Source: Patescibacteria group bacterium (GTDB lineage Bacteria; Patescibacteriota; Minisyncoccia; Phycocordibacterales; DSPV01). Taken from it: a DNA stretch of 31,463 nucleotides. The stretch covers positions 1 to 31,463 of the forward strand of contig JBBUFP010000014.1 of NCBI GenBank assembly GCA_038056445.1, written 5' to 3'. The notes under the pieces were generated by a model. That model was not told where the DNA came from. It was given only the letters and a program-made list of their open reading frames with translations, and did no database searches. The position numbers were made by a program, and so were the translations under genes. Below are positions 16,410 through 25,423 of the stretch, piece by piece (the stretch's first letter is position 1; each line of letters starts with the position of its first letter).

Positions 16410-18434
16410 TTACTTATCGCCTTTCAAGAATTTATATTTTGAAAGTTTAGCTAGAGCTATTCGAAATTCCCGGTAATCATTGATGTGGCCTTGCCAGATT
16501 TCCGGTATCCAACTTATGCCCCCGCTTTCTTTAGGAAGATGTTGCTCGAGAATTTCGAACACCTTTTCAAAAGGCACATCACCTTCGCCTATTTGCAATC
16601 CTTCTTTATAGCAACCGCGGCCGTCAGCGATGTGCAGGTGACGGACCAAGGGCGCCACTTTTTTGATATATTCCAGGTAATCTTGATTTTCGGCGACACA
16701 GAAGAGCCAGGCGTGGGAGAGGTCTAGGCACATATTTAAATTCAGTTTGTTGCAAAACTCAATCATTTCGTCAGCGGCCCCGAAGACATTGTGTTTCCAT
16801 AATCCGCCGAAGTGCCAGCTAAAAGCAGGCAGATTTTCCGGCAGAAGAGTTACGCCTTTGTAGTCTAAACATTTGAATGCTTCTATCGCGCGGTTAAGGA
16901 GTTTTTTTGGTTGCGGGTGGGGCGTGATGGTTATGCCCCCGACATGGATTACAATACCGGGGATTCCCTCGAAGTGCTCGGCGATTTCTCGGGTTTTGTC
17001 AATGGTCTTTTGAATAATTTCGATTGAACTTTTCCAGATCCGTTCGTTTTCGGAAGCTAGATCTACTTCCGTTCTTTCGTTGTATTCAGGCGCATGAACG
17101 AACAGCTGAAAAGGGTATTTGGAGTTCTTCTCAAATTTGAAGTCGAGGTCTTTGTCATTTACATGAAATTCCAAAAGAGTCGGTTTCGGTTCGAATTTCA
17201 TCAGTTGATTTAATTCGAAAAAGCGCGCCTTTAATCCCCACCTCGTTTCAATCTTGCCAATGTGGTTTTCAATTTGCCGAGCGTCAAGGTCGTCATTGGT
17301 GAAAAATTCATCTTCAGCAATCAATCTTTTGGCGGTTTTTCCTACGAGGTCAAAAATTCTCTGGGGAGAAATTCCGAACCCAGGGCCTTTCACAGTTATC
17401 ATGTCTCGAGTAATCTTAGTGCCGGGAGCGATATCAGTCCCGGCTGTCAAGCTCTTACGTAAAATTAGTTTGTTCATGACTTCGCCGCGACTAACCTGTT
17501 TTACCGGCAGGCCGAGAGCGATTTCACATTCGCGAATCTTTTTAACTAATTCTTTAAATTGGCTGGGTAAAAGCGAGGCCGCGTGGTCCGGCCCTTCGGC
17601 CTCTCGATCAAGAGTGATATGCCTCTCGATAACTCTGGCTCCCAGAGCGATGGCGGCCAGAGTCGGTTCAAGGCCTGTTTCGTGGCCGGAATAACCGACG
17701 GGAACGCCATAACGATGTTTGAGGATTTTAATGAAAGATAAGTTTAAGGTGTCCAAACCGGCCGGATAAGAGCTTTGGCAATGAAGCAACACAAAAACAG
17801 CCCGGGCGCGATGCAAAAAAGCGACGGTCCTTTCAATTTCGTCAATAGTGGACATACCGGTTGAAACAATCAGCGGTTTGTTTTCTTTAAGTAGCCGTTC
17901 CAATAAGGGAATGTTCACTAAATCAGCTGAAGACACCTTGTAGAGCGGGGGAGTAATCACCTCCTTTAGGAAGTCCACGCTTTGTTCGTCAAAAGGAGTC
18001 GCAAAAAAAACCAGTCCGTGTTTATCGGCCTGAGCTTTTAAGGCGCGATATTCTTTTTCCCCAAACTCGCTTTCTTTGAGAATCGGTATAACATAACGAA
18101 GCGCTTGGTCGGTCAGATTAGGATTTTCCACCACTTCTTTTTGATAGACCGCCAGCAGTTGTCTTTTCTGAAATTTGACAGCGTCAGCTCCGGCTTCGGC
18201 AGCGGCGTCAATAAGTTTTAAAGCCTCGGTAAGTTTGCCATTGTGGTTGATTCCGATTTCGGCAATGATAAAGACGGGCACCTTTTCGCCGATGGCTTTA
18301 TTGCCAATTTTTATTGTCTGTGGCGATGGGGCCAGAATCTTTCTAGCTTTGATTATGAATCTGGTCCACAGACGACGGCTCCATAGTTTGCGCGTATCCC
18401 CATCCCCGAGAATTTTTAGAATCTTATTTAGCAT
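16410..18434 (-). CDS. NeuB-family synthase + SAF domain + C-terminal xylose-isomerase-like TIM barrel (three-domain fusion)
   Basis: EIGINHNG, KFQKR, HCQSSYP, GYSGHE, ERH, GPDHAASL; then LRKSL..DI..G..IT.DM..KGPG; then VIHVGG, ENLP, DLSHA, HLHIADG, EIWQGH. Confidence 0.85.
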   Translation of the reverse strand: MLNKILKILGDGDTRKLWSRRLWTRFIIKARKILAPSPQTIKIGNKAIGEKVPVFIIAEIGINHNGKLTEALKLIDAAAEAGADAVKFQKRQLLAVYQKEVVENPNLTDQALRYVIPILKESEFGEKEYRALKAQADKHGLVFFATPFDEQSVDFLKEVITPPLYKVSSADLVNIPLLERLLKENKPLIVSTGMSTIDEIERTVAFLHRARAVFVLLHCQSSYPAGLDTLNLSFIKILKHRYGVPVGYSGHETGLEPTLAAIALGARVIERHITLDREAEGPDHAASLLPSQFKELVKKIRECEIALGLPVKQVSRGEVMNKLILRKSLTAGTDIAPGTKITRDMITVKGPGFGISPQRIFDLVGKTAKRLIAEDEFFTNDDLDARQIENHIGKIETRWGLKARFFELNQLMKFEPKPTLLEFHVNDKDLDFKFEKNSKYPFQLFVHAPEYNERTEVDLASENERIWKSSIEIIQKTIDKTREIAEHFEGIPGIVIHVGGITITPHPQPKKLLNRAIEAFKCLDYKGVTLLPENLPAFSWHFGGLWKHNVFGAADEMIEFCNKLNLNMCLDLSHAWLFCVAENQDYLEYIKKVAPLVRHLHIADGRGCYKEGLQIGEGDVPFEKVFEILEQHLPKESGGISWIPEIWQGHINDYREFRIALAKLSKYKFLKGDK

Positions 18435-18446
18435 TGACAATTTATA

Positions 18447-18488
18447 AGTGTAGTTTTTTTTGATTAAATGTCAACTTATTGTTAAAGT
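18447..18488. promoter_or_regulatory. Overlapping divergent promoters
   Basis: Minus strand: TTGACA(18474-18469)-16 nt-TACACT(18452-18447). Plus strand: TTGATT(18460-18465)-17 nt-TAAAGT(18483-18488) with an extended TG, 6 nt before ATG 18495. Confidence 0.6.
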
Positions 18489-18494
18489 AATGTT

Positions 18495-19862
18495 ATGAGA
18501 AGAACCATCTTTATCACCAGTTTTCACCCCCTAATCTCCAGAAACATCATTCGCACCGAGGTGATTTCGAAGTTGATTTCTAATGCCTGTCGAGTTGTTG
18601 TTCTCGTACCGAAGTCAAAACTCGATTATTTTAAAAAGGAATTCGAGCGGGGAGAAGTTTTGGTTGAAGGTGTGGAAACCGGCGCCGCCATTCGAACCTT
18701 GCGTGTTGGCATAATGAAGCGCCTAGCTGAAGCGCTCCCTAACACTAAGCGCGCGGCGCTTGGCCGGCGGCTTACATTATCGGGAAACAAAAAGAACGCT
18801 CTGTATTATTTTTTTTTCTATTTACCGGCGGGCTTTTTGGGTAAGAGCAAGTTGTTTATGAAGCTCGCTCGTTTCTTTGACTACTTTATTTCCCCACGCG
18901 GTCGTTTTTATCCGCTTTTTGAGAAATATAAACCCGACTTGATTTTCTCGACGGATGTTCAAAATGAGCATGATGTCTGTCTTGTGCAAGATGCCCATAA
19001 GAAGGGGATTGTCGTAATTGGCATGGTACGGTCTTGGGATAACTTGGTGACTCGAGCTTTTCGCTTTGTGCCGGACAAACTTATGGTTCACAACAACATA
19101 ATCAAAGAACAAGCCGTATCAATTTACGGTCTCAAGCCCGATAAAATAATTGTGACCGGTGTGCCACATTACGATAAATATGTCAAAGCGCCTTTTGTTT
19201 CCAGGGAGGAATTTTTCCGGCGCGTTGGTCTCGACCAGACCAAAAAGACGGTTTTATTTTTTCCGCTTTGCGATTACAGGATAGTGAGAAAGGGAGGAGA
19301 AACGCCCACTTATACGGACAAGGACGCTTTAGAGGCGCTTTCTAAAATATCGGCCAATGTTATTGTCCGTTTCCCACCGAATGAAACGGTGACCATTCCG
19401 GACTTTGTTAAGCCCGTCAATTTTTTCTATGACCAGCCCGGCGTTTCTTTCGGCCAGGGCGCGTCTATTACTACCAGAGAACTTAACACTGACGATGATA
19501 TCCGCTTAGCGAATGAATTATATTATTCCGACGTCGTCGTTTCCGGTCCGTCAACCGCGGTGATTGATGCGGCTGTCTTTGATAAGCCGATAATATTTCT
19601 AGATTTTGGCCGCGACGGCGCCGATTCTTTGGTCGGCAGGATTTTTGAATATGAATCAGAACACATCGTCAATATTTTGAAAACCGGTGGGGCAAGGGTG
19701 GCTACTGCCGAAAATTCTCTCAAAAAAGAAATCGGTCTTTACTTAGAGAATCCGAAGCGGGATAGTATTGGTCGGACGAGAATTGTGAAAGAGCAGTGCT
19801 TTTTAACCGACGGAAAGGCCAGCGAGCGAGTGACGGCGGCCATTCTTGAAAATATCAAATGA
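18495..19862 (+). CDS. GT-B fold putative glycosyltransferase (candidate NulO transferase), paralog 2
   Basis: IFITSFH, GMVRSWDNL, TGVPHYDKY, GPSTAVIDAAVFDKP and DGKASERV. Confidence 0.65.
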   Translation: MRRTIFITSFHPLISRNIIRTEVISKLISNACRVVVLVPKSKLDYFKKEFERGEVLVEGVETGAAIRTLRVGIMKRLAEALPNTKRAALGRRLTLSGNKKNALYYFFFYLPAGFLGKSKLFMKLARFFDYFISPRGRFYPLFEKYKPDLIFSTDVQNEHDVCLVQDAHKKGIVVIGMVRSWDNLVTRAFRFVPDKLMVHNNIIKEQAVSIYGLKPDKIIVTGVPHYDKYVKAPFVSREEFFRRVGLDQTKKTVLFFPLCDYRIVRKGGETPTYTDKDALEALSKISANVIVRFPPNETVTIPDFVKPVNFFYDQPGVSFGQGASITTRELNTDDDIRLANELYYSDVVVSGPSTAVIDAAVFDKPIIFLDFGRDGADSLVGRIFEYESEHIVNILKTGGARVATAENSLKKEIGLYLENPKRDSIGRTRIVKEQCFLTDGKASERVTAAILENIK

Positions 19863-21178
19863 AAAAAACCATTTTTATAACCAGCTTTCATATTCTTATC
19901 TCGCGAAATATTTTGGCGACCGGTATTTTGCCGTTGCTTGCCAAACGAAACGGGGTTCAGGTGGTGATTCTTTGCCCAAAGAAGAAGGAGGGGTTTTTCC
20001 GGAAAGAATTTGAAAAAGCCGGAGTGCTCGTTGAGCCAGTGTCAGTCCGATTAAACTGGCGGGATTTTTGCCTCCGTTTTTTATCGCTGGCGTCTTTGCG
20101 GACGAAAACCCTTTGGCTTAAACGGCGAACAGAAATGAAAGGTGTCGGCGCGGTTTTTTCAGAACTCATACCCGCTTTTTTAGCAAGTTGGCTGACACGC
20201 CGGTTGAGTCCGTTTCTGACACCACAAAATCGCTTCCAGCCACTTTTGGAAAAATATCAGCCGGAGTTGATTTTTGCCACTGATGTCCAAAATGAATATG
20301 ATGTGTCTTTGATGCATGAGGCCAGAAAGCGGGGGGTAAAAATTGTCGGTATGGTGCGGTCTTGGGATAATCTGGCGGCTAAAGGTTTATTGCGAATTAT
20401 TCCCGCTCTTTTGCTGGCCAACAACGAGCTGGTGAAGCGGGAAGCGATGGCTCTGCACGGTGTGCCGGCCGAAAAAATTCAGGTGGTTGGTTTGCCTCAT
20501 TACGATAATTATTTCCAAGCGCCAAAACTTTCTCGTTTGGAATTGGCTGAAAAACTCGGTTTGAATGCCGCCAAAAAATTTGTTTTATTCGTCCCGGTTG
20601 GCGACCGCTATCTCACCGATAATTTTGTTGATAAAAATGCCTTAACTTTGCTTGATAAAATTTTGCCGGGCGATTGGGAAATTTCGGTCCGTTTGCCGCC
20701 GGCTGATTCGGTGAAAGAAATCGAGGGGGGTAATTTTTCGGAACGGGTAAAAATTTATCGGCCGGGTGGCTACTTTGGCAATGTTAAAAACACCGAACTT
20801 TCCCGCATTGATGACGAAATTTTAATCGCCAGCATTAAATACTCCGATTTAATTGTTGCCGGACCGTCCACGATGGTGATTGACGCGGCGATTGCCGATA
20901 AGCCGATAATTTTGGTAGGCTTTGACGGCAAAGAAAACGCGTCTTATTTTCAAAGCGTGCGCCGTTATTACGATTACAATCATTTTCAACCGATTCTGGA
21001 AAGCGGCGGCGTCCCGTTGGCGCGAAGCGAAGAAGAGTTTGAAAAACTTGTCAGAGCGTATCTTGCCGACCAAACTTTGGATTGGGCGGGGCGCCGCCGG
21101 ATTGTTGAATTGGAATGCCAATTTACCGACGGCCAATCAAGCCAAAGGGTAGTTGAGGAATTAGAAAAATTTCTATGA
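19859..21178 (+). CDS. GT-B fold putative glycosyltransferase (candidate NulO transferase), paralog 3
   Basis: IFITSFH, GMVRSWDNL, VGLPHYDNY, GPSTMVIDAAIADKP and DGQSSQRV; ATGA overlap with the upstream gene. Confidence 0.65.
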   Translation: MKKTIFITSFHILISRNILATGILPLLAKRNGVQVVILCPKKKEGFFRKEFEKAGVLVEPVSVRLNWRDFCLRFLSLASLRTKTLWLKRRTEMKGVGAVFSELIPAFLASWLTRRLSPFLTPQNRFQPLLEKYQPELIFATDVQNEYDVSLMHEARKRGVKIVGMVRSWDNLAAKGLLRIIPALLLANNELVKREAMALHGVPAEKIQVVGLPHYDNYFQAPKLSRLELAEKLGLNAAKKFVLFVPVGDRYLTDNFVDKNALTLLDKILPGDWEISVRLPPADSVKEIEGGNFSERVKIYRPGGYFGNVKNTELSRIDDEILIASIKYSDLIVAGPSTMVIDAAIADKPIILVGFDGKENASYFQSVRRYYDYNHFQPILESGGVPLARSEEEFEKLVRAYLADQTLDWAGRRRIVELECQFTDGQSSQRVVEELEKFL

Positions 21179-22545
21179 GCCAAAAAGTCAAAACAATTTT
21201 TCTGACGATTTTTGAAGGGGTGGAAGCCAAGAATCTTTTGCGCACCTCGGTTTTGCCGACTTTGCTGGCCGACCCGGCGGTTCGGATTATTTTGTTTACC
21301 AAGAGCGCGGAAAAAGTTGAATATTACAAAAAAGAATTTTCCGACTCGAGATTGATTTATGAAGTAGCATCGCGTCAGCCGATTAGCGGCTGGGACGCGA
21401 TTTTCGCCAAGTTAAAATTTACTTTGCTTCGGACGGTGACCACTGATTTAAAACGCCGGTTGCATTACGAACGAGAGAAAAACTTTTTCCGCTATTTCGG
21501 CGGTTTGTTCGCCAATCGGCTTTTGGCTTGGCCAGTGGTTAGGAAAATTGTTCGTTGGCTGGATTTTATTTTGATTCACCAAGATTGTTACGCGCCGGTT
21601 TTTGAAAAGTATCAGCCCGATTTGGTTTTTCTTGCCCATCTTTTTGACGAGCCGGAAATTGCTCTGTTGCGGGAAGCGAAAAAACGGGGAGTGAAAACTG
21701 TCGGCTTGATAAATTCTTGGGACAAGACAACCGCCCGTTGTATTTTGCGATTATTGCCGGATAAGGCGATTGTTTTTAATGAAATTGTGAAGCGGGAACT
21801 TATGGCGCACGATGAAATGAAAGCGGAAAACATTTTTATTTCCGGCTTGCCCCAGTATGATATCTATTGGCAAGCCCAACCCCATTCTCGCGAAGAATTT
21901 TTTAACGCCATCGGTATCGGCTCCGAGAAAAAACTGATTATCTACGCGCCGAACGGGCGCTACTCAAAGTCGGCGGACGGTCTGATGATAGACACGCTGC
22001 ACACATTCGTTGAAAATGCTTTTCCTAGGAAAGATGTTGGCTTACTGGTTCGCTTTCAGCCTAATGATTTTGTTGACCTGGCCGAAATCCAGAAACGGCC
22101 TTGGCTTGTTTATGAGATTCCAGGTCTCCGTTTTTCAAGCAAGCGCGGCGTTGATTGGGATATGGATGCCGATGATATAAAATTATTGACAAACACTCTT
22201 TTTCATTCATCTTTGTTTATCTGCTATACGTCTAGTTTGAGTATTGACGCTGCTGTTTTTGACAAGCCGATTATCAACATTGATTTTGAATTGGAAAAAT
22301 CAGATAATCCACTGAACTCGCCAACGATGTACTATAACATGGACCATTATATAAATGCCACGAAAACTGGAGGAATTCGAGTGGTTAAAAGCAGAGAAGA
22401 ACTTTTTAAATGGATTTCCTTGTATTTAGCTAATCCAGCTTTGGACGCAGTTGGTCGGCGGCGTTTGGTTTTGGAACAATGCGGCACAGTTGATGGCAGG
22501 GCGGGGGAGAGAATTGGACAGTTTACTTTAAAAAATCTTTTATGA
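21175..22545 (+). CDS. GT-B fold putative glycosyltransferase (candidate NulO transferase), paralog 4
   Basis: GLINSWDKT, SGLPQYDIY, TSSLSIDAAVFDKP and DGRAGERI; ATGA overlap. Confidence 0.65.
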   Translation: MSQKVKTIFLTIFEGVEAKNLLRTSVLPTLLADPAVRIILFTKSAEKVEYYKKEFSDSRLIYEVASRQPISGWDAIFAKLKFTLLRTVTTDLKRRLHYEREKNFFRYFGGLFANRLLAWPVVRKIVRWLDFILIHQDCYAPVFEKYQPDLVFLAHLFDEPEIALLREAKKRGVKTVGLINSWDKTTARCILRLLPDKAIVFNEIVKRELMAHDEMKAENIFISGLPQYDIYWQAQPHSREEFFNAIGIGSEKKLIIYAPNGRYSKSADGLMIDTLHTFVENAFPRKDVGLLVRFQPNDFVDLAEIQKRPWLVYEIPGLRFSSKRGVDWDMDADDIKLLTNTLFHSSLFICYTSSLSIDAAVFDKPIINIDFELEKSDNPLNSPTMYYNMDHYINATKTGGIRVVKSREELFKWISLYLANPALDAVGRRRLVLEQCGTVDGRAGERIGQFTLKNLL

Positions 22546-23426
22546 ATCGTTATCTAATCGTCAATTATCATTATATTCGCGATGAGCAATCGAGCGGCAT
22601 TAATGCCTGTCGGGTTGACCATTTTGCCGAACAGATAAATTTTTTAAGTAGCCAATATTCCATTGTGACGCTTCAAGAGCTTTATGACAACGCGCGAAAG
22701 AGCGCGCCGGGCAATTTCTGTTCCCTCACCTTTGATGATGGTCTTGTTGAACACTACGCAGTTGCTTATAAGTTTTTGCGCGAAAAAGGTCTGCCCGGGG
22801 CTTTCTTCATCATTGGTATGCCGCTCCAAGAACAAAAAATACCCTTGACGCACAAATTGCATTTATTGCTCTCCCATAAAACGGCGAAAGAACTTGTCTC
22901 CATGTTTCATTCCTATTTTCACGGGCGTTACTTAATAGACGATTCAATTCGCATTAATCCCCGCCGGAGATTTGATGATGTTCTTACCTCCAATCTCAAA
23001 GAAACACTCATTGGTCTGCCGATTACAGAACGCCAGGATTTTATTGAGAACGTTTTTAAGGATTTCCATAAATCTGAAGCGAAGTTATGCGCTGACCTGT
23101 TTATGTCTCCTTCGTCTCTGAAGGAAATGGGTGAGCACAGTATGGAAATCGGTTCTCATGGCTACAGTCACCGGTCCCTGGAAACCTTGTCTTTTGAAGA
23201 ACAAAAGGCGGATATTGAAGCGAGTCGCCGTGCCATCGGTGATATTACCGGGAAGAATCCGATGATATTTTCTTATCCTCACGGCCGTTACAATGATGAT
23301 ACAATAAGAATTCTTAATGACCTGGGTTTTTCTATGGCGGTGATCTTGGGCGGGCGAGCAATAACGAACCTCGATGAGAGATTTTCGATTCCTCGTTATG
23401 ACACAAACGACATTAAAATAATTTGA
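22542..23426 (+). CDS. Polysaccharide deacetylase (NodB / CE4 family)
   Basis: NYH, LTFDDG, EIGSHGYSH, FSYPHG and IPRYD. Confidence 0.85.
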   Translation: MNRYLIVNYHYIRDEQSSGINACRVDHFAEQINFLSSQYSIVTLQELYDNARKSAPGNFCSLTFDDGLVEHYAVAYKFLREKGLPGAFFIIGMPLQEQKIPLTHKLHLLLSHKTAKELVSMFHSYFHGRYLIDDSIRINPRRRFDDVLTSNLKETLIGLPITERQDFIENVFKDFHKSEAKLCADLFMSPSSLKEMGEHSMEIGSHGYSHRSLETLSFEEQKADIEASRRAIGDITGKNPMIFSYPHGRYNDDTIRILNDLGFSMAVILGGRAITNLDERFSIPRYDTNDIKII

Positions 23427-23432
23427 AATCTT

Positions 23433-24389
23433 ATGAACAAACAAAAACAACTAACCAAAGATTTTTTCAATGATGCGTCAAGAGAGTGGTTTGAACGAAC
23501 CTATGACCCGGCGGAACAATTTTTGAAGTTTCCGGGCAACAGGGCGAGAATGGAAATAGCTTTAAGCGAGATTAAAAATTTATCGGTTAAGGGCGCGTTT
23601 CTTGACATTGGTTGCGGTACGGGGCAACTGGTGATTGAACTTTTGAAAAAAGGGGTTCGGGCTACCGGGATTGATGTTGCCGAGAAAATGATTGAGATTG
23701 CGAAAAATAATCTTGCTAAAGAAAAACTTTCATTTAATCCCAATCCAAACGAAATCTTTGCGGTGATGAATTTAGCTGAACTTGGTAAAACCACGGCTCA
23801 TTATGACGCGGTGACCGCCTTGGGGCTTCTTGAGTATTTATCAAAAGATGATGAGCTCTTTTCTGTTCTTAAAAAAAATGTGAAAAAGGACGGTTATGCG
23901 TTCGTGGAATGCCGGAATAAATTTTTTAATCTTTTCTCGGTCAATAATTATACCGAGTCAACGGCGAAGACCAAGATGCTCGCCCCGCTTATCAGAGAAA
24001 TGGCCGAAGTTGATAAATACAGCCCGATTTCTTCAAGGAATATTCCCGCGATTCAGGCGGAGGTCTCTCAAAAGATTGCTGACTTTTTGAAAGAGAGTGC
24101 CGGTAAAAGCGAATGGCTCGAAACATCTATTCCGAAGCACCTCGACTATCCCCAAGAAATGATACGCCGTCAACACACGCCAAAAGAACTTGAAGCGTCG
24201 GCTCATCGTTTTGGTTTTACTTTAAAATATGTTGTCTATTGGCACGCCCACCTTTACCCGCCGTCTTTTAAGAAAGAATTTCCCAGAATCTATAATAAAA
24301 TATCATTCCTCGAAGCCCCGCTTGGGTATACTTCACTTGGCGCTTGGATGTGCTCGTCTTTTGTTGCCGTTCTAAAGAAACAGGAATGA
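23433..24389 (+). CDS. Class I SAM methyltransferase
   Basis: FLDIGCGTG, GIDVAEKMI and YDAVTALGLLEY. Confidence 0.85.
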   Translation: MNKQKQLTKDFFNDASREWFERTYDPAEQFLKFPGNRARMEIALSEIKNLSVKGAFLDIGCGTGQLVIELLKKGVRATGIDVAEKMIEIAKNNLAKEKLSFNPNPNEIFAVMNLAELGKTTAHYDAVTALGLLEYLSKDDELFSVLKKNVKKDGYAFVECRNKFFNLFSVNNYTESTAKTKMLAPLIREMAEVDKYSPISSRNIPAIQAEVSQKIADFLKESAGKSEWLETSIPKHLDYPQEMIRRQHTPKELEASAHRFGFTLKYVVYWHAHLYPPSFKKEFPRIYNKISFLEAPLGYTSLGAWMCSSFVAVLKKQE

Positions 24390-25423
24390 AAGATAAATTA
24401 AATGAAGAAAAAAAGCGGGTTTTTATCACCGGCATTACCGGTCAGGATGGCTCTTATCTATCGGAATTTTTGGCAAAAAAGAATTGTGAAATTTTTGGTT
24501 TGACTAGCAAAAAATATTCCGATAATGCGGTTTCAATGGCAGCGTTAAAAAAGCTTGGTGCTCAAGTCATTTTAATTGACGGCGATATCACTGACACTGG
24601 TTTGCTGGCGAAAATTTTTAAGGATATAAAACCGCACGAAATTTATAATTTGGCTGCAATCTCAAGCGTCAGCGAATCTTTCAAGGTTCCCGAAAAAGTA
24701 ATGGAGGTTAATTTTCACGCTTTTAAAAGGTTAGTTGATGAGGCAATAACTGTTGTGCCGAAAGTTAGAATTTATCAGGCCTCGTCCAGTGAAATGTTCG
24801 GCCAAGCGTCTGCGCCACAGAATGAAAAAACCGATTTTATGCCGGTTAGTCCTTACGGCAAATCAAAACTTCGCGCTTATCAGGAAGTCGTCTTGGAGTA
24901 TCGTAGGAAAAAAGGCGTTCATATTTGTTCCGGAATTATGTTTAATCACGAATCGCCGAGGCGGGGCGAAGGTTTCGTGACTTCAAAAATTATTACCGAT
25001 TTATCTAAAGTAAAATTAGGCCTGCTTGCTCACCTTGAATTAGGGAATTTGGATGTGGAGAGGGATTGGGGTTTTGCCGGAGATTATGTGAAAGCTATGT
25101 ATTTGATTCTGAATTATGATAAAGCCGATGATTATGTGATTGCCACCGGCAAAAGTCACACTGTGCGGGATTTTGTGAATGAGACGGCGAAAAATCTCGG
25201 TTTGAAAATAAAATGGCGGGGACGGGGCGAAAAAGAAGAAGCCGTTGACGACAATGGAAAAATTTTAGTGAAAGTTAATCCGATTTTTTACCGCCCTAAA
25301 GAACTTAGCGTGACTATTGGTGATAGCGCTAAGGCGAGAAAAATTCTTGGTTGGAATCCGGTAGTAAATTTTGAAGGGTTGGTAAAAATGATGGTGAAAG
25401 CCGCCATGGAGCATTATGTTTGA
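24386..25423 (+). CDS. gmd: GDP-mannose 4,6-dehydratase
   Basis: ITGITGQDGSYL, YNLAA, ASSSE, SPYGKSK, NHESPRRG..FVT.KI and GNLD..RDWGFAGDYV; ATGA overlap at 24386. Confidence 0.9.
   Translation: MKDKLNEEKKRVFITGITGQDGSYLSEFLAKKNCEIFGLTSKKYSDNAVSMAALKKLGAQVILIDGDITDTGLLAKIFKDIKPHEIYNLAAISSVSESFKVPEKVMEVNFHAFKRLVDEAITVVPKVRIYQASSSEMFGQASAPQNEKTDFMPVSPYGKSKLRAYQEVVLEYRRKKGVHICSGIMFNHESPRRGEGFVTSKIITDLSKVKLGLLAHLELGNLDVERDWGFAGDYVKAMYLILNYDKADDYVIATGKSHTVRDFVNETAKNLGLKIKWRGRGEKEEAVDDNGKILVKVNPIFYRPKELSVTIGDSAKARKILGWNPVVNFEGLVKMMVKAAMEHYV

Noticed and set aside
18495-22545. Teichoic-acid CDP-glycerol polymerases
   Set aside because: The fold is similar, but there is no TagD/TarI or polyol dehydrogenase pair nearby, while CMP-NulO supply genes are abundant.
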